Positions 1-11,634 are shown, counted from the first letter of the stretch. The stretch: 64,000 nt of DNA from Schizochytrium sp. TIO01 (GCA_004764695.1 SMSO01000014.1:4536845-4600844), one strand, 5' to 3'. The notes: generated from the letters alone by a model not told the origin. Numbers and translations: made by a program.

Positions 1-3000
1 ATGCGCAGTTGCTGGAGACAGAGTTGGAGACAGCGTTGGAGACAGAATTGGAGACAGAGTTGGAGACAGAGTTGGAGACAGAGTTGGAGACAGTGTTGGA
101 GACAGTGTTGGAGACAGAGTTGGAGACAGAGTTGGGACTTGAGTAGGATTACAAGTTGGTATAGGTTCAGGCATCCCATACACTTCTGTAATATGAGACA
201 CATTTGGTTGGGCCCCACAAAGTGGGTTAGAAAATACAAATCTAAGTTACATAAAAGTTCCGTGAGGCCGTCAGTTAATGAACATTTGTGATGAGATGAC
301 GATGCACACAAGCAAACTTACAAGACGTTTAGGTTCGTCAAAACCTCTAATGCTGAAGGTAGAGTTTCAATGTTGTTTGACTCAAGGTCGAGAGACACTA
401 AGTTTGTCAAAGCGCTCATCGATTCTGGCAAAGACGTGATCTCATTCATCCAAAAAACACTAGATATGTATCACAACATGTTAGCGTATTTCCCTTCAAA
501 ATGCAAAGCATTCATATGCAAAAACTTACAGGTTAGTCAACAACGTGAGAGCACCAATCTCCTCAGGGATTGTAGTGAGTGCGTTTGATTTCAAATTAAG
601 TACACGAAGACTGGTAAGCTCAAAAATATCCGGTGATATCGCTGTCATCCCACCACTTAGCAGAGACCTATGTTGTTATTGTCAAAATCCACAACGCCAT
701 CAATAAATACACACGAAGAACAATTAGTCTCTTGGTCAAAGGGCAACTAATAGCTGCAAACTTACAGAGCGGTTAGAGACGCAAGAGATGAGAGGAAGAG
801 TGGACCATTTGGCTCATTAGTACAGTAAAGATTTTCTGTTGTAGCATACGTGACATTGGAACAAGCCATACCATCGCACATGCAGTTATGTGCTGTTGTT
901 GGAGTCTGTGTTGGGCTTTGTGTCGGGACTTGAGTCAAATTACATGTTGACAGTGGGTTCGGCATACCGTATACATATGGGATATGACTCACAGATGGTT
1001 GTGGACCGCAAATTGGGTTTGAGGTGACATCTCTAAATTTAAAAAGGAGCAAAAGCGCGAAGCTATTAGTTTTTACACGCGTGATCACAATCAACAAGTT
1101 CGAAATTTAAACTTACAGTACCTCTAAGTGCGTCATAGCCTCTATCGCTGTAGGCAAGGTTCGAATACTGTTTGACTCAAGGTCAAGAGTGACTAGATTT
1201 GTCAAAGCACTCATTGATTCTGGCAACGCGGTAATCTCGTTTATCCAGAAAGTACTATGTATATACGATAAACGTGAGTGATAATTTACTGTCTAGCACA
1301 ATTGTTCTAATAGAAGGAAACTTACAGGCTGGTCAGCAGCGTGAGGGCACTGATTTCTTCAGGGACTGTGGTGATTTCGTTTGATTTGAGATTCATTCTT
1401 TCAAGGTTTGTAAGTTGAAACAAATCTAATGGTATTGCAGTCATCCCACCACTTAAAAGAGACCTAAGAAATCCAAATTTGCAACTTGCCGTCAGTTCGT
1501 CAACATTCAAATGCGAAGATTCATGCATTGTTGTTATATTTGTGAACTCACAATTCGGTGAGAGAGGATAGAGATAAGAGAAACGACGGAGCATTTGAAT
1601 CACCAGTGCACGTGAGGACTTGTGTTGTGGCGTATGTTGCGCTTGAGCAAGCAGCACCATCGCACGTACAGTTATGAGCTGTTGTCGGAGCCTGAGTCGG
1701 TGCTTGTGTTTGTGTTGGTGTTTGATTCGGAGCCTGAGTCGGTGTTTGTGTTGGCGTTTGTGTTGGCGTTTGTGTTGGGACCTGAGTTGAAGCACATGAT
1801 GGTATAGGGCTTGGCACACCGTATACATTAATGATATGACTCAGATCTGGCTGCGGACCACAGAGTGGATTCGAGGTGACATACCTAAATAATGAAACAT
1901 CTCGAGATTGTTAGTGAATACGAGCTTAAGTTAATATCACGATCCATGTGTGATACCACAACTTACAATGTCTCTAAGTTTGTCATAGCCTCAATCGCTG
2001 AAGGCAAGGTTTGAATATTGTTTGACTCAAGGTCGAGAACGACTAGGTTTGTCAAAGCGCTCATTGATTCTGGCAAAGCAGTAACCTCATTCATCCAAAT
2101 AACACTGTATAGGTATGTATCACTATGGGTTAGCACGGGTGCGTGTGCATGTTCGGAAGATCTAGTCGTTACTAGAATAAACTTACAGGCTGTACAACAA
2201 CGTGAGAGCACTTATTTCTTCAGGTACTGTGGTAATCGCATTCGACATGAAGTCGAGCGTGCGAAGGTTGGTAAGCTCAAAGATATCCGGCGATAACGCT
2301 GTCATCCCACCGTTTAGCAGAGACCTATGTTTTGTTATCAAAATCCACGAAGCAATAAACATACGCAAAGAACAATTAGTCTACCAGTGAAAGAACAAGT
2401 TATGGCTGCCATTGCAAACTCACAGAGCAGTTAGGGACGTAAGAGACGAGAGAAATGATGGGGCATTTGCATCACCGGTGCATGTGAGCTCTTGAGTTGT
2501 TGCATATCCGGCTTCTGAACAAGCCATACCATTACACATGCAGTTGTGCGCTGTTGTCGGAGCGTGCGTCGGGCTTTCCGTCGGGACTTCAGTCGAGCCA
2601 CAAGCTGGTATAGGATCTGGCATACCGTACACATACGGGACGTGACTCAAATCTGGCTGCGGACCACAAAGTGGATTCGAGGTGACATATCTAAACAATA
2701 AAACAAGCAAGATGCGTAGCTATTAGTTTCTACACGTGTGGTCGCAATCAACAACTTGGAAGTTTAAACTTACAATGTCTCTAAGTGCGTCATAGCCTCA
2801 ATCGCTGAAGGCAAGGTTTGAATATTGTTTGACTCAAGGTCGAGAACGACTAGGTTTGTCAAAGCGCTCATTGATTCTGGCAACGATGCGACCTCGTTTA
2901 TCCAGAAAGTACTATGTATATACGATAAATGTGAGTGATAATTTACTGTCTAGCACAATTGTTCTAATAGAAGGAAACTTACAGGCTGCTCAACAACATG

Positions 3001-4944
3001 AGAGCACTTATTTCTTCAGGAACTGTAGTAATTGCGTTTGACTTGACATTGAGTAATTGAAGATTGGTAAGTTCAAAGATATCTGGTGACAGAGCAGTCA
3101 TCCCGCCACTATACATGTACCTGTGTATTGCAAAAAGTAATGCTGTCAGTAAATTCAAATACGAATGGTCTATGCTGATGTGAACATTGGTATTTCTACA
3201 GGAAACTTACAGAGCCGTGAGAGATGTAAGAGATAAGAGGAACGATGGAGTATTTAAATCAGACACGCACACAAGTTCCTGTGTCGTGGAGTACACTGCA
3301 CTTGAGCAAACATCACCATCGCACATACAGTTATGTGGGGATGTTGGAGACTGCGTCGGCGCTTGCGTTGGAGCACAGGTTGGGACAGGGCTCGGCATGC
3401 CGTACAAATATGTAACGTGGCTCAAATCTGGCTGCGGACCACATAGTGGGTTCGAGGCGACATATCTGAGCAGCATGAACAGATAAGGAACTGTTAGCAT
3501 ATGCACATTTTGGCCAGTGTGTTTACTCATATAAAGAAACTTACAATGTCTGTAAATTTGTCATGGCCTCAATCGCTGTAGGCAAGGTTTGAATATTATT
3601 AGACTCAAGGTCGAGATATATGAGGTTTGTCAAAGCACTCATTGATTCTGGCAACGACGTGATCTCATTCATCCAAAATGCACTGTACATATAGGAGAAA
3701 CGTGAGTGACAATTTGCTATCTAGAGTGTCGTTTTACTAAATAGAAACTTACAGGCTGCTCAACAACGTGAGAGCACTTATTTCTTCCGGGACTGTAGTA
3801 ATTGCGTTGGACGTGAAATCGAGTATTTCAAGATTGGTAAGCTCAAAGATATCTGGTGACAGTTCAGTCATCCCGCCACTATGCATATACCTGTGTATTG
3901 CAAAAAGTAATGCTGTCAGTAAATTCAAATACGAATGGTCTGTGCTGATGTGAACATTGGTATTTCTACAGGAAACTTACAGAGCCGTGAGAGATGTAAG
4001 AGATAAGAGGAACGATGGAGTATTTAAATCAGACACGCACACAAGTTCCTGTGTCGTGGAGTACACTGCACTTGAGCAAACATCACCATCGCACATACAG
4101 TTATGTGGGGATGTTGGAGACTGCGTCGGCGCTTGCGTTGGAGCACAGGTTGGGACAGGGCTCGGCATGCCGTACAAATATGTAACGTGGCTCAAATCTG
4201 GCTGCGGACCACATAGTGGGTTCGAGGCGACATATCTGAGCAGCATGAACAGATAAGGAACTGTTAGCATATGCACATTTTGGCCAGTGTGTTTACTCAT
4301 ATAAAGAAACTTACAATGTCTGTAAATTTGTCATGGCCTCTATTGCAGTAGGTAGCGTTCTGATATTATTAGACTCAAGGTCGAGATATATGAGGTTTGT
4401 CAAAGTGCTCATTGATTCTGGCAAGGAGATAATAGCATTTTCCCAAAAAGTACTATAGATATGTGGAGGTATGGGTGAGTCGATATGCATAAGAACTCAT
4501 TCGCGTCAAGGCAAAACTTACAGACTAGACAATTGAGTAAGCGCACTTATTTCTTCGGGAACGGTTGTTATCGCGTTGCTCTTAAAGTTGAGGGTCCGGA
4601 GATTAGTAAGCTCAAAAATATCTGGTGGAATCGAGATCATACCACCACTTAGCAAAGATCTGCAAAATGAGAAGTTATCAGGAGTGCAAGGTTGCCGTCA
4701 ATAAAGTTAATTTTAAGAGTCAGGATTCCCTAGCTGCGGCTGATGGCAGGCAAACTTACAAAGACTCAAGAGATGTAAGAGATGTGAGAAATGTAGGAGC
4801 GTCTGATTCTCCGTTACAGTAGAGCGTCGTGGGATTTGTCACATCTGAGCAAGCTGTATTATCGCATAGGCAATATGCTTCTGACGGCCACGGAAGACAG
4901 CATATAAGAAAGACACAAGCGAGAAGAATGTGCAGTGAAGACAT
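1..4944 (-). CDS. Secreted/surface multi-module LRR protein (gene LRR-1), 19 exons in window, runs off the left edge; at least 1153 codons; six complete LRR modules joined by PT linkers
   Basis: Hand-spliced exons (minus strand): 4944-4760 (signal peptide MSSLHILLACVFLICCLPWPSEA + Cys N-cap), 4659-4522, 4452-4315, 4235-3981, 3890-3753, 3682-3545, 3465-3211, 3120-2983, 2911-2774, 2690-2424, 2324-2187, 2104-1967, 1884-1552, 1463-1326, 1254-1117, 1032-766, 667-530, 459-322, 241-<1. All 18 introns are GT(A/G)AG...AG, 69-100 nt, phase 2, and the joined frame is open. Type A exons (138 nt) read like SLLSGGMTAIxPDIFELTNLxxLxxxSNAITTVPEEISALTLL. Type B exons (138 nt) read like xFWxNEITxLPESMSALTNLVxLDLESNNIQTLPxAIEAMTNL. 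Type C exons carry C-cap SNPLCGPQPDLSH..YGMP, a PT linker and the next N-cap HNCxCDGxAC. Confidence 0.92.
8..136. repeat. 12-nt tandem repeat (GTTGGAGACAGA) encoding the PTLS linker of LRR-1 on the minus strand
   Basis: About 10 near-perfect copies visible directly; minus-strand translation is (PTLS)n. Confidence 0.9.
3118..4340. repeat. Direct repeat at 770-bp spacing inside LRR-1 (3118-3570 = 3888-4340)
   Basis: 453-bp block with one mismatch seen (3172 a vs 3942 g). It explains the identical ORF pairs 3187-3486/3957-4256 and 3207-3530/3977-4300 in the track. Confidence 0.92.
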
Positions 4945-5892
4945 TGTTTTTATTCCTCTGCGACTGAGTTACCAGATTGCATGAAACCATGTGTACGAAC
5001 TTCTTGGTCATAACAAACACACTTAAATTACGCGGTGGTCAAATACAACTGTTCTGTCGATGAGCACTAGTCAATCCTGTAGCGTCATTCCAGTGTCTAA
5101 AGGATAAACAAACATATGCTTAACGAAGGGGATCATAGGGACGATGAAGAAGAGAAACGAGAGAGTACCTCCACTAGTACGTCGAGCTTACTTAGGAGTT
5201 ATAGTCTATCGAAAGGTTTTGATGTACGGAGAATACGGATTAACGTGCTCATTAGAATGTTAACATCTCTTTCTCTATATATTACCAACACTCAAATAAT
5301 TATAGATATATAGTTACAAAATTTCTATACAATTGTTAAGTTAAAAATACCTAAAAATACACCGAACGAACGGCTAAAATTTTAAGAGGACCGTGACAAT
5401 AAATTATGTGCAGATGGAAAGTGCTCATGTTGGCCAAAGAAAGTATTGCACTGCATGATAGGCATTGTCTTTGCACTTACCAGGTGTTCTGTTATGAAAA
5501 TCGAAAAACATAAACATTATATAGAACAATGCAAAGGCGGTTCTAGATAGCGATCTAGTCGCAGGTTAATACCTTTCTAGAACGACCGCAAAACTCGAAG
5601 ATCTTCCCTATCGTATGTGCACCTTGGGTTCAGCGTGACAACCAAGACTTTCTTGATTTTAATATGCTGAACTCGTCACACAACCATATATACATATTAC
5701 GTAGGTCACCTATCTCGCTACCCTTGAGGTTTAAAATACAAATGTATGAAGTACTACATGGTAAGTCTTATTGATCATTTTTCTCTTTTAGAAAAAAACA
5801 AAACAAAAAAACACACAAAAACACTCAAAGGGGAAGGTAATATTATACTTTATTGTTGTTGTTATTATTATTACTCCAGACATATTGGGCCT

Positions 5893-7238
5893 TTAATTGG
5901 TGTTGTTGTGAATGCTTTTGCTCTGGCGATAGCGGTAAATGAAGAAGCAAACCAATAGAAGGAAAATTACACCTCCAACACTACCCAAAGCAATGGCTAG
6001 AGTTGCATCATCATCAGTCGAGACAACCTCTGTCGCGAGACAACTTTCGTCAATTTCAGGAATGTCAAAGAAGGTGACATTTTCGTAAAGAGTTACATTC
6101 AAACAGAGATCCACGTTGCCCGAAATATCGCTGTCGTTTCGAATAATAGTCGAAATAGATTTCAAACAAAACTTGGAATGTTAATACGATGTTGTAAGGT
6201 TAGGATATATTGTAAAGCTTCAAACTTACAAAGTGTCGAGCGAAGTCAAGTCTGTCAGTCCCTCAGGTAAAGTCAAAAAGTCATTATCAGCGATCTCAAG
6301 GACTTGTAGGCCTGTAAGCATTGTGATACTATCAGGCAAAGTAGTAAGGAGATTATGGAAGAGACCCAGGTCCAGAAGATTGGTGAGCTCTCCAATTCCC
6401 GATGGAATTTCAGTCAGCTCGTTATTATTGATGGCACTAGGGGATGAAGAGTTTGAACACAGAAGGTTTAATGGTCAGGTTTACAATTCGAATCATCAAA
6501 GGCTTCCCCCGTCTGTAGACATGTAACTTACAGAAGTTTAAGATTAGTGAGGGTAGTCAAGGAGTCCGGCAAAGCGGTTAAATTGTTGTCATTGAGCCAC
6601 AGTTGCTCAAGGTTCTGGAGATCCGAAATGCCATCCGGCAAAGTTTCAAGCTTGTTTCCCTCCATATCACTGTAGACGTATTTGACATGTTGTGAGTCCA
6701 GAAGACGCTCGTTGCAAAGAAGAAACTTAATCATGAAAACACACATAAAAACTTACAGGTATGTCAACGCAGTGAGAGACCCAATTCCAGAGGGAAGCGA
6801 AGCAGCTCCATTATCCCAAAACGACCTATGTGCAGCCAAAACGAAAAACGACAATCGGGGAAGAGAGATTAAAACAAGCATACGAAACGATGTCAGCTCA
6901 TTTAAAACATTCGCAGTTACAAGAGCACACAAATTAGCACTCAGTGGTCCAGCTCTAAAGAGAGATAGCCGTAAGGTTCGTTCTGAAGAGGCAGGAACTT
7001 ACAGTGAATTCAAATTCGTCAAAGTTGTCAGTCCAGCAGGCAGTGATGCGATTTCTGACCCATAGAAATCCATCCGTGTCAATGCTGTGAGATACGACAC
7101 TGCAGGGAGTTGAGTCAACCCTGAACACGACATCCACCGAACAGAAGCATCGAGGCTGCTCGGGTCACAAGCTCCGTATCCAAAGCAGAAGCAGTCACTT
7201 GAGGACGACGCAAGCTCGCGCTCCGCCATGTCCGTCAT
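5893..7238 (-). CDS. Single-pass LRR receptor-like protein (gene LRR-2), 5 exons, about 295 aa; 5' end uncertain
   Basis: Exons 7238-7003, 6825-6757 (69 nt), 6669-6532 (138 nt), 6436-6230 (207 nt), 6130-5893. All introns GTAAG...AG, phase 2. Cys N-cap (CFCFGYGAC), 23-aa LRRs (e.g. LEQLWLNDNNLTALPDSL), C-cap GNVDLC, TM segment LAIALGSVGGVIFLLLVCFFIY followed by RYR and a short tail. No in-frame signal peptide seen. Confidence 0.85.
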
Positions 7239-9171
7239 GGTATTCCACTATATCTTCTCCTGATCACAAGTTTCAGCAAATCGTCCTCTTGCAGAGAGGC
7301 TAAGGTTTTGCTGGCCTACTTATGAAAGTTCATCACTCCAGCTTTATTTCAAGGAAAAGCCGCTGCGCTTTAGGAAGTGAGTACGAGTAGTTACTATTAT
7401 CGGTGCCGCGCCATTCGGAACCAAATTATGTATCAAGTGAATCAAACTAGTAGCTGTAGGATGACTTAGTACCATGTTAATTGAAAGTTTCATTTCTTCG
7501 TTTTTTTCTGTGCCGGCACCACATTTATCCAGCAACGAATCTCTCTGCAAAGCCAGCCGGTTTCGCATGCTTTTGCATTCAGCGAGGGGTTACCACGGTC
7601 ACGAAATACAAGTTCCTTATCAATTGCTTCGGTATTCACCTTTCTGGGTGCGTTACATCAAAACACCATGCCCTGTGCCCTGTGAAAGCGATGCCCTCTA
7701 TCTTTGGTGCCTTCAAGTTCTATCTAGATCAGAAGACCAGCACGTATCCGTTGAAAAGTTATATTATCTTGTCCTACTCTGATCGGTGAGAAGCGCCTCA
7801 CCGCTCATTGACAGTTTTTTTTAATTTTATTTTTAAAATTAAATTGCCATTCAAACTACATTCAACAAGAAAATAGCTATGAATGGTCACTGTTAGACTC
7901 TGGTATTCGTCTTTTCCGAATGATCTCCGTTATGATAGGTAAGATGGCCTCATACGTTTACTGGAAGTTTGGCGATTTGCGTACTTGCCTAGTAGAGGTT
8001 TTTCTGCCCATTTTTTTTTCAGAGGTACCCTAGTGGTTGGGTGTAATGCAGTGTATGATAGCAAGAACCAGAAGCTGTACCTGAGCACTCACTCACTGAC
8101 AGTACAGCTAGCTTTGCGGACCTAGATATCGACGGTCTCTGCACACAATCTATACTGTCTGACACTTTGGCTCAATAGCAAGCAACTTTCTTGTAATAGT
8201 TGAGGACTGGATAACACCAAAGAGCCTTCGGTAAAGGTAAACCTACCATTCTGCTTCAAGTTGCTGTTGTTTACCTACCAGGTCCGGGAACTTCTGGTAA
8301 CAACAGAAAAGAATAAAAATAAAATAGTAAGATTCATAATAGTTAGACTATGCAATTGCAACTGCTCATAATACTATATTTTTCCAGCTGGCGAATTGCC
8401 CAAAGTTAGCTTCTCACGTTTTGCGCGGCCAAGCTTTATTTTATGTTTTCTTTGAAACGGTTCAAATTAATACCAGAAAGAAACACCGTTGACCACCCTT
8501 CCATCATGATTCCATGATTTCCGCTACCTCTCTCTATATACATACAAAAGTTATTTTAAACCATAAAGAGTCTTGAAATTTGGTTCATGAATCCAACAAA
8601 CTTCATGTGACTTTCACTAATCTAGACCAGCCACTTTGATACTTGGACATAAGCATCGCGATACCACCAGGGAAACCAGGCCCTTGGTTGCAATACTGCT
8701 TCATAAGAGCCACGCCCGCGCGTCTTGCCTTTGCTTTGGCTCTTTTATTACGTGAAGAACTAGCCTTTGTGGACAGGAGACATCTAAGAGTAATCACATA
8801 TTTGATAAGACAACACCGAAGAACCAGCAGTACTGGCAACCAAGAGACACCTCACCCACTCCTGTCGCTAGCAATAGTTTAATGTTATTCTACACTATAT
8901 AGAGGAAAATGAGGTGCTTAGCAAAGCGTTCTTTCCTTGTAACGGACATAAAACGCCCTCACTTAGAAATTTGCTAGTGTAGATGGTAGAAGCAGCATCT
9001 GCTTTGCAGCTAGGCAGAGGATGTCGCTAGCCAGAAATGAAGAAGCAAGTGATAGTTCTTACCTAGTCAGCATTATTTATACGAGGTTTTTCATACGTAT
9101 GTGCAGGAATTTGGAGACATTGGGATTTGTGAATTGGGGCAGCGCAGTTGCAAAGGTCAAAGTTTAGCAAG

Positions 9172-11634
9172 ATGGACGAGCGGATAGAGGGGGCGCCCGA
9201 TAATGAAGGCCCGATTGCCTTTGACAAGGGCTGGGCAACGATTAAAAGTGAAGGCTTAGAAGTTTGTCTAAGGAGACTCGAACGTGACGTTGATTTACGC
9301 CCCGGATTACACGGCAAAACTGGGCGTGCCCTTCATGCCAATGAGGTCAACAAGCTCTACGGATTGGTTTATGAAATGTGCACGCAGGCAACCCCGAACA
9401 ACTGGTCAGGCAAACTATATTACACAGTTCTTGATGAACTTCGTGAGGTCTGCGAGCAGCGCATCGTGCGCCGTCTTAAGTCAGCAAGCGGGCAGAAGCT
9501 GCTTGACGAGCTTATTATGGAATGGGACAAACATCAAGTTCTCATTCGTACATTCCACGCCATCCTTGGCTATCTTGACAGATTCTACGTCAAAAGATTA
9601 GCGCTGTTGACTCTGCGTGGCGCTGCTGTTCAAGCCTTTCATGACTTTGTTTTCGATGAGGTAAAAGAGCAAGTCACTCGTGCATTTCTTGATGAGGTGA
9701 ATCTTGATCGCGTAGGTAGTGTTAGCGCTCTCCGTCTGCAGCGACTCAGGCGAGTTTGTGACATCTATTTGGCAGTTGGTCAAGGTTCTTTGGACGATTA
9801 CGAAAATGAACTTGAAAAACCTCTTGTCAGCGAATCGGTAGCCTACATGAAAAAGGTCTCCGCGCACTGGATTAAAGAAAATACAACAGCAGAGTTCTTG
9901 AGCAAGGTGAGAGTTCAGATTGACGCAGAGGAGAGTCGTGTACGTGCTTACTTGCACGAAGAAACCCGTGAAAAACTTATTCGAGCCTGTGAGCACGAGC
10001 TTATTAGCACACATCTAAATGCTTTACTTGACAAACCACAATCAGGATGTCGCTGGCTTCTGGAGAACGACGAAGATGGAATTCTGCAGAACATGTTTCA
10101 ACTTCTCAAGCGCGTTCCTTCTGGCCTAACGCCTATGGCTTTTATATTTCGCAAGTTTTTACAAGAGATTGGTGCAGATATGTTGGCTGATCCTCAATAT
10201 CAAAACCAGTGGGAGAATCGCCTTGACCGGACTTTGATATTTCGGCTCGTTGGCTTGCACCGAAAATATCGAACCCTGGTGAAGAATCGATTTGCCGATC
10301 ACAGTACTTTTCATCGAGCATTGAAAGAGGCTTTTGAGTTCTTTATCAACTTGCCGCTTCCTGCGGAGGAAGAAGCAAAAACATCACTTGAATCAAACGA
10401 AGATGAGAAAGATAATGAAGAAAAAGATAAAGAAGAAAAAACAAAGCGCCAGCAGCGTCGCCGGCGCCCTCGACAGGAAGAAATCACAATCTCCGAACTG
10501 CTCTCAGACTTTCTTGATCGTAAGCTACGTAAAGCCCCAGCGGACATGGCTCCTATCTCGCCTATGCTAGGCTCAGAGGGCTTTCTGACACCTCGTACGG
10601 AAACAGATTTAGAACGGGAACTTGCATTAACAGTCGAACTTTTTGCTTATGTGAACGACAAGGATGTGTTTGCACTGTTTTACAAGAAACATCTTGCGAA
10701 AAGACTGATTTTGAATCGGTCTACAAGTTACGATGCGGAGCAGGTGGTGATTGGAAAGCTACAAAAACTGTGTGGCAATCCCTTTGTTTCCAATTTCACA
10801 GGCATGATGAAAGATTTAATGCTGGCATCGGCTTTACAGCGTGACTTTGAGAAGCACGATCACGCCAGCTATGATAAACTTACTTTCGAGTTCAACGTGA
10901 AGGTTCTTACTTCTGGATTCTGGCCTACCTATCGCTATGAACCTATTGATCACCCCCCTAAACAACTTGTTGAGGCAATGAATTGTTTTCAAGCATTTTA
11001 CAATACTCGGACCGCTCACAGGACCTTAAGTTGGATCCATGCTCTTGGATCGTTGACACTATCTGGGAACTTCCGTGCTTGCAGCACACCAGTACAGCTT
11101 GTTGTAACAACGTTCCAGGGAGCAATTCTTCTTCTGTTCAACGAATCCAACGAGCCACTAACCGTCGAGCAGATGTCTGCACGCTTGGGGATATCTGCTG
11201 AAGTGGTGAAACGTCAGATTTACTCGCTTTCTGAAGGGAAACATGTCATCTTAACCAAATTAGACCCTGAAGCCAATGCCCCGATGGCAGCGCCGCGGTT
11301 TCTCATCAATGATGGATTTTTTACCAAAGCCCGCAGGATCCGGATTCCTCAACTTCCTCTGCAAAAGGCTGATGACGCTAAAGAGGAAAGAACCTCAAAT
11401 CTCATGAAAATCTCGGAAGAGCGTCGTTATGCTGTGGAAGCGGCCATTGTGAGAATCATGAAAGCGCACAAGACGATGACTTACGATGAGCTTTCTACCA
11501 AGGTTGTGGACATGCTTAAACCAGTTTTCATTCCACAGCCCGCAACGATTCGAAAGCGCGTCGATGACCTCTTGGAGCGCGACTACATTGAACAAGACGA
11601 GGATGATAAGACCAAGTTGCTCTATGTAGCCTAA
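9172..11634 (+). CDS. CUL1: Cullin (most similar in motif pattern to cullin-1)
   Basis: Intronless ORF, first ATG at 9172. Cullin motifs LYGLVYEMCTQ, YLDRFYV, DKDVFALFYKKHLAKRL, VLTSGFWP, and neddylation region AAIVRIMKAHK ... LLERDYIEQD...YVA. Subfamily assignment is by motif only. Confidence 0.93.
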   Translation: MDERIEGAPDNEGPIAFDKGWATIKSEGLEVCLRRLERDVDLRPGLHGKTGRALHANEVNKLYGLVYEMCTQATPNNWSGKLYYTVLDELREVCEQRIVRRLKSASGQKLLDELIMEWDKHQVLIRTFHAILGYLDRFYVKRLALLTLRGAAVQAFHDFVFDEVKEQVTRAFLDEVNLDRVGSVSALRLQRLRRVCDIYLAVGQGSLDDYENELEKPLVSESVAYMKKVSAHWIKENTTAEFLSKVRVQIDAEESRVRAYLHEETREKLIRACEHELISTHLNALLDKPQSGCRWLLENDEDGILQNMFQLLKRVPSGLTPMAFIFRKFLQEIGADMLADPQYQNQWENRLDRTLIFRLVGLHRKYRTLVKNRFADHSTFHRALKEAFEFFINLPLPAEEEAKTSLESNEDEKDNEEKDKEEKTKRQQRRRRPRQEEITISELLSDFLDRKLRKAPADMAPISPMLGSEGFLTPRTETDLERELALTVELFAYVNDKDVFALFYKKHLAKRLILNRSTSYDAEQVVIGKLQKLCGNPFVSNFTGMMKDLMLASALQRDFEKHDHASYDKLTFEFNVKVLTSGFWPTYRYEPIDHPPKQLVEAMNCFQAFYNTRTAHRTLSWIHALGSLTLSGNFRACSTPVQLVVTTFQGAILLLFNESNEPLTVEQMSARLGISAEVVKRQIYSLSEGKHVILTKLDPEANAPMAAPRFLINDGFFTKARRIRIPQLPLQKADDAKEERTSNLMKISEERRYAVEAAIVRIMKAHKTMTYDELSTKVVDMLKPVFIPQPATIRKRVDDLLERDYIEQDEDDKTKLLYVA

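Noticed and set aside
1-291. Plus-strand ORF of WRQS repeats; array superficially CRISPR-like
   Set aside because: Antisense reading of the PTLS linker of LRR-1; contiguous 12-nt units with no spacers and no cas genes.
370-4822. Many short ORFs on both strands in the track
   Set aside because: Individual exons of LRR-1 read into introns, or their antisense shadows; not separate genes.
9148-9171. TTG/GTG starts given by the track (also 22951, 32662, 57916, 59052)
   Set aside because: Eukaryotic context; the first suitable ATG gives the expected N-terminus in each case.
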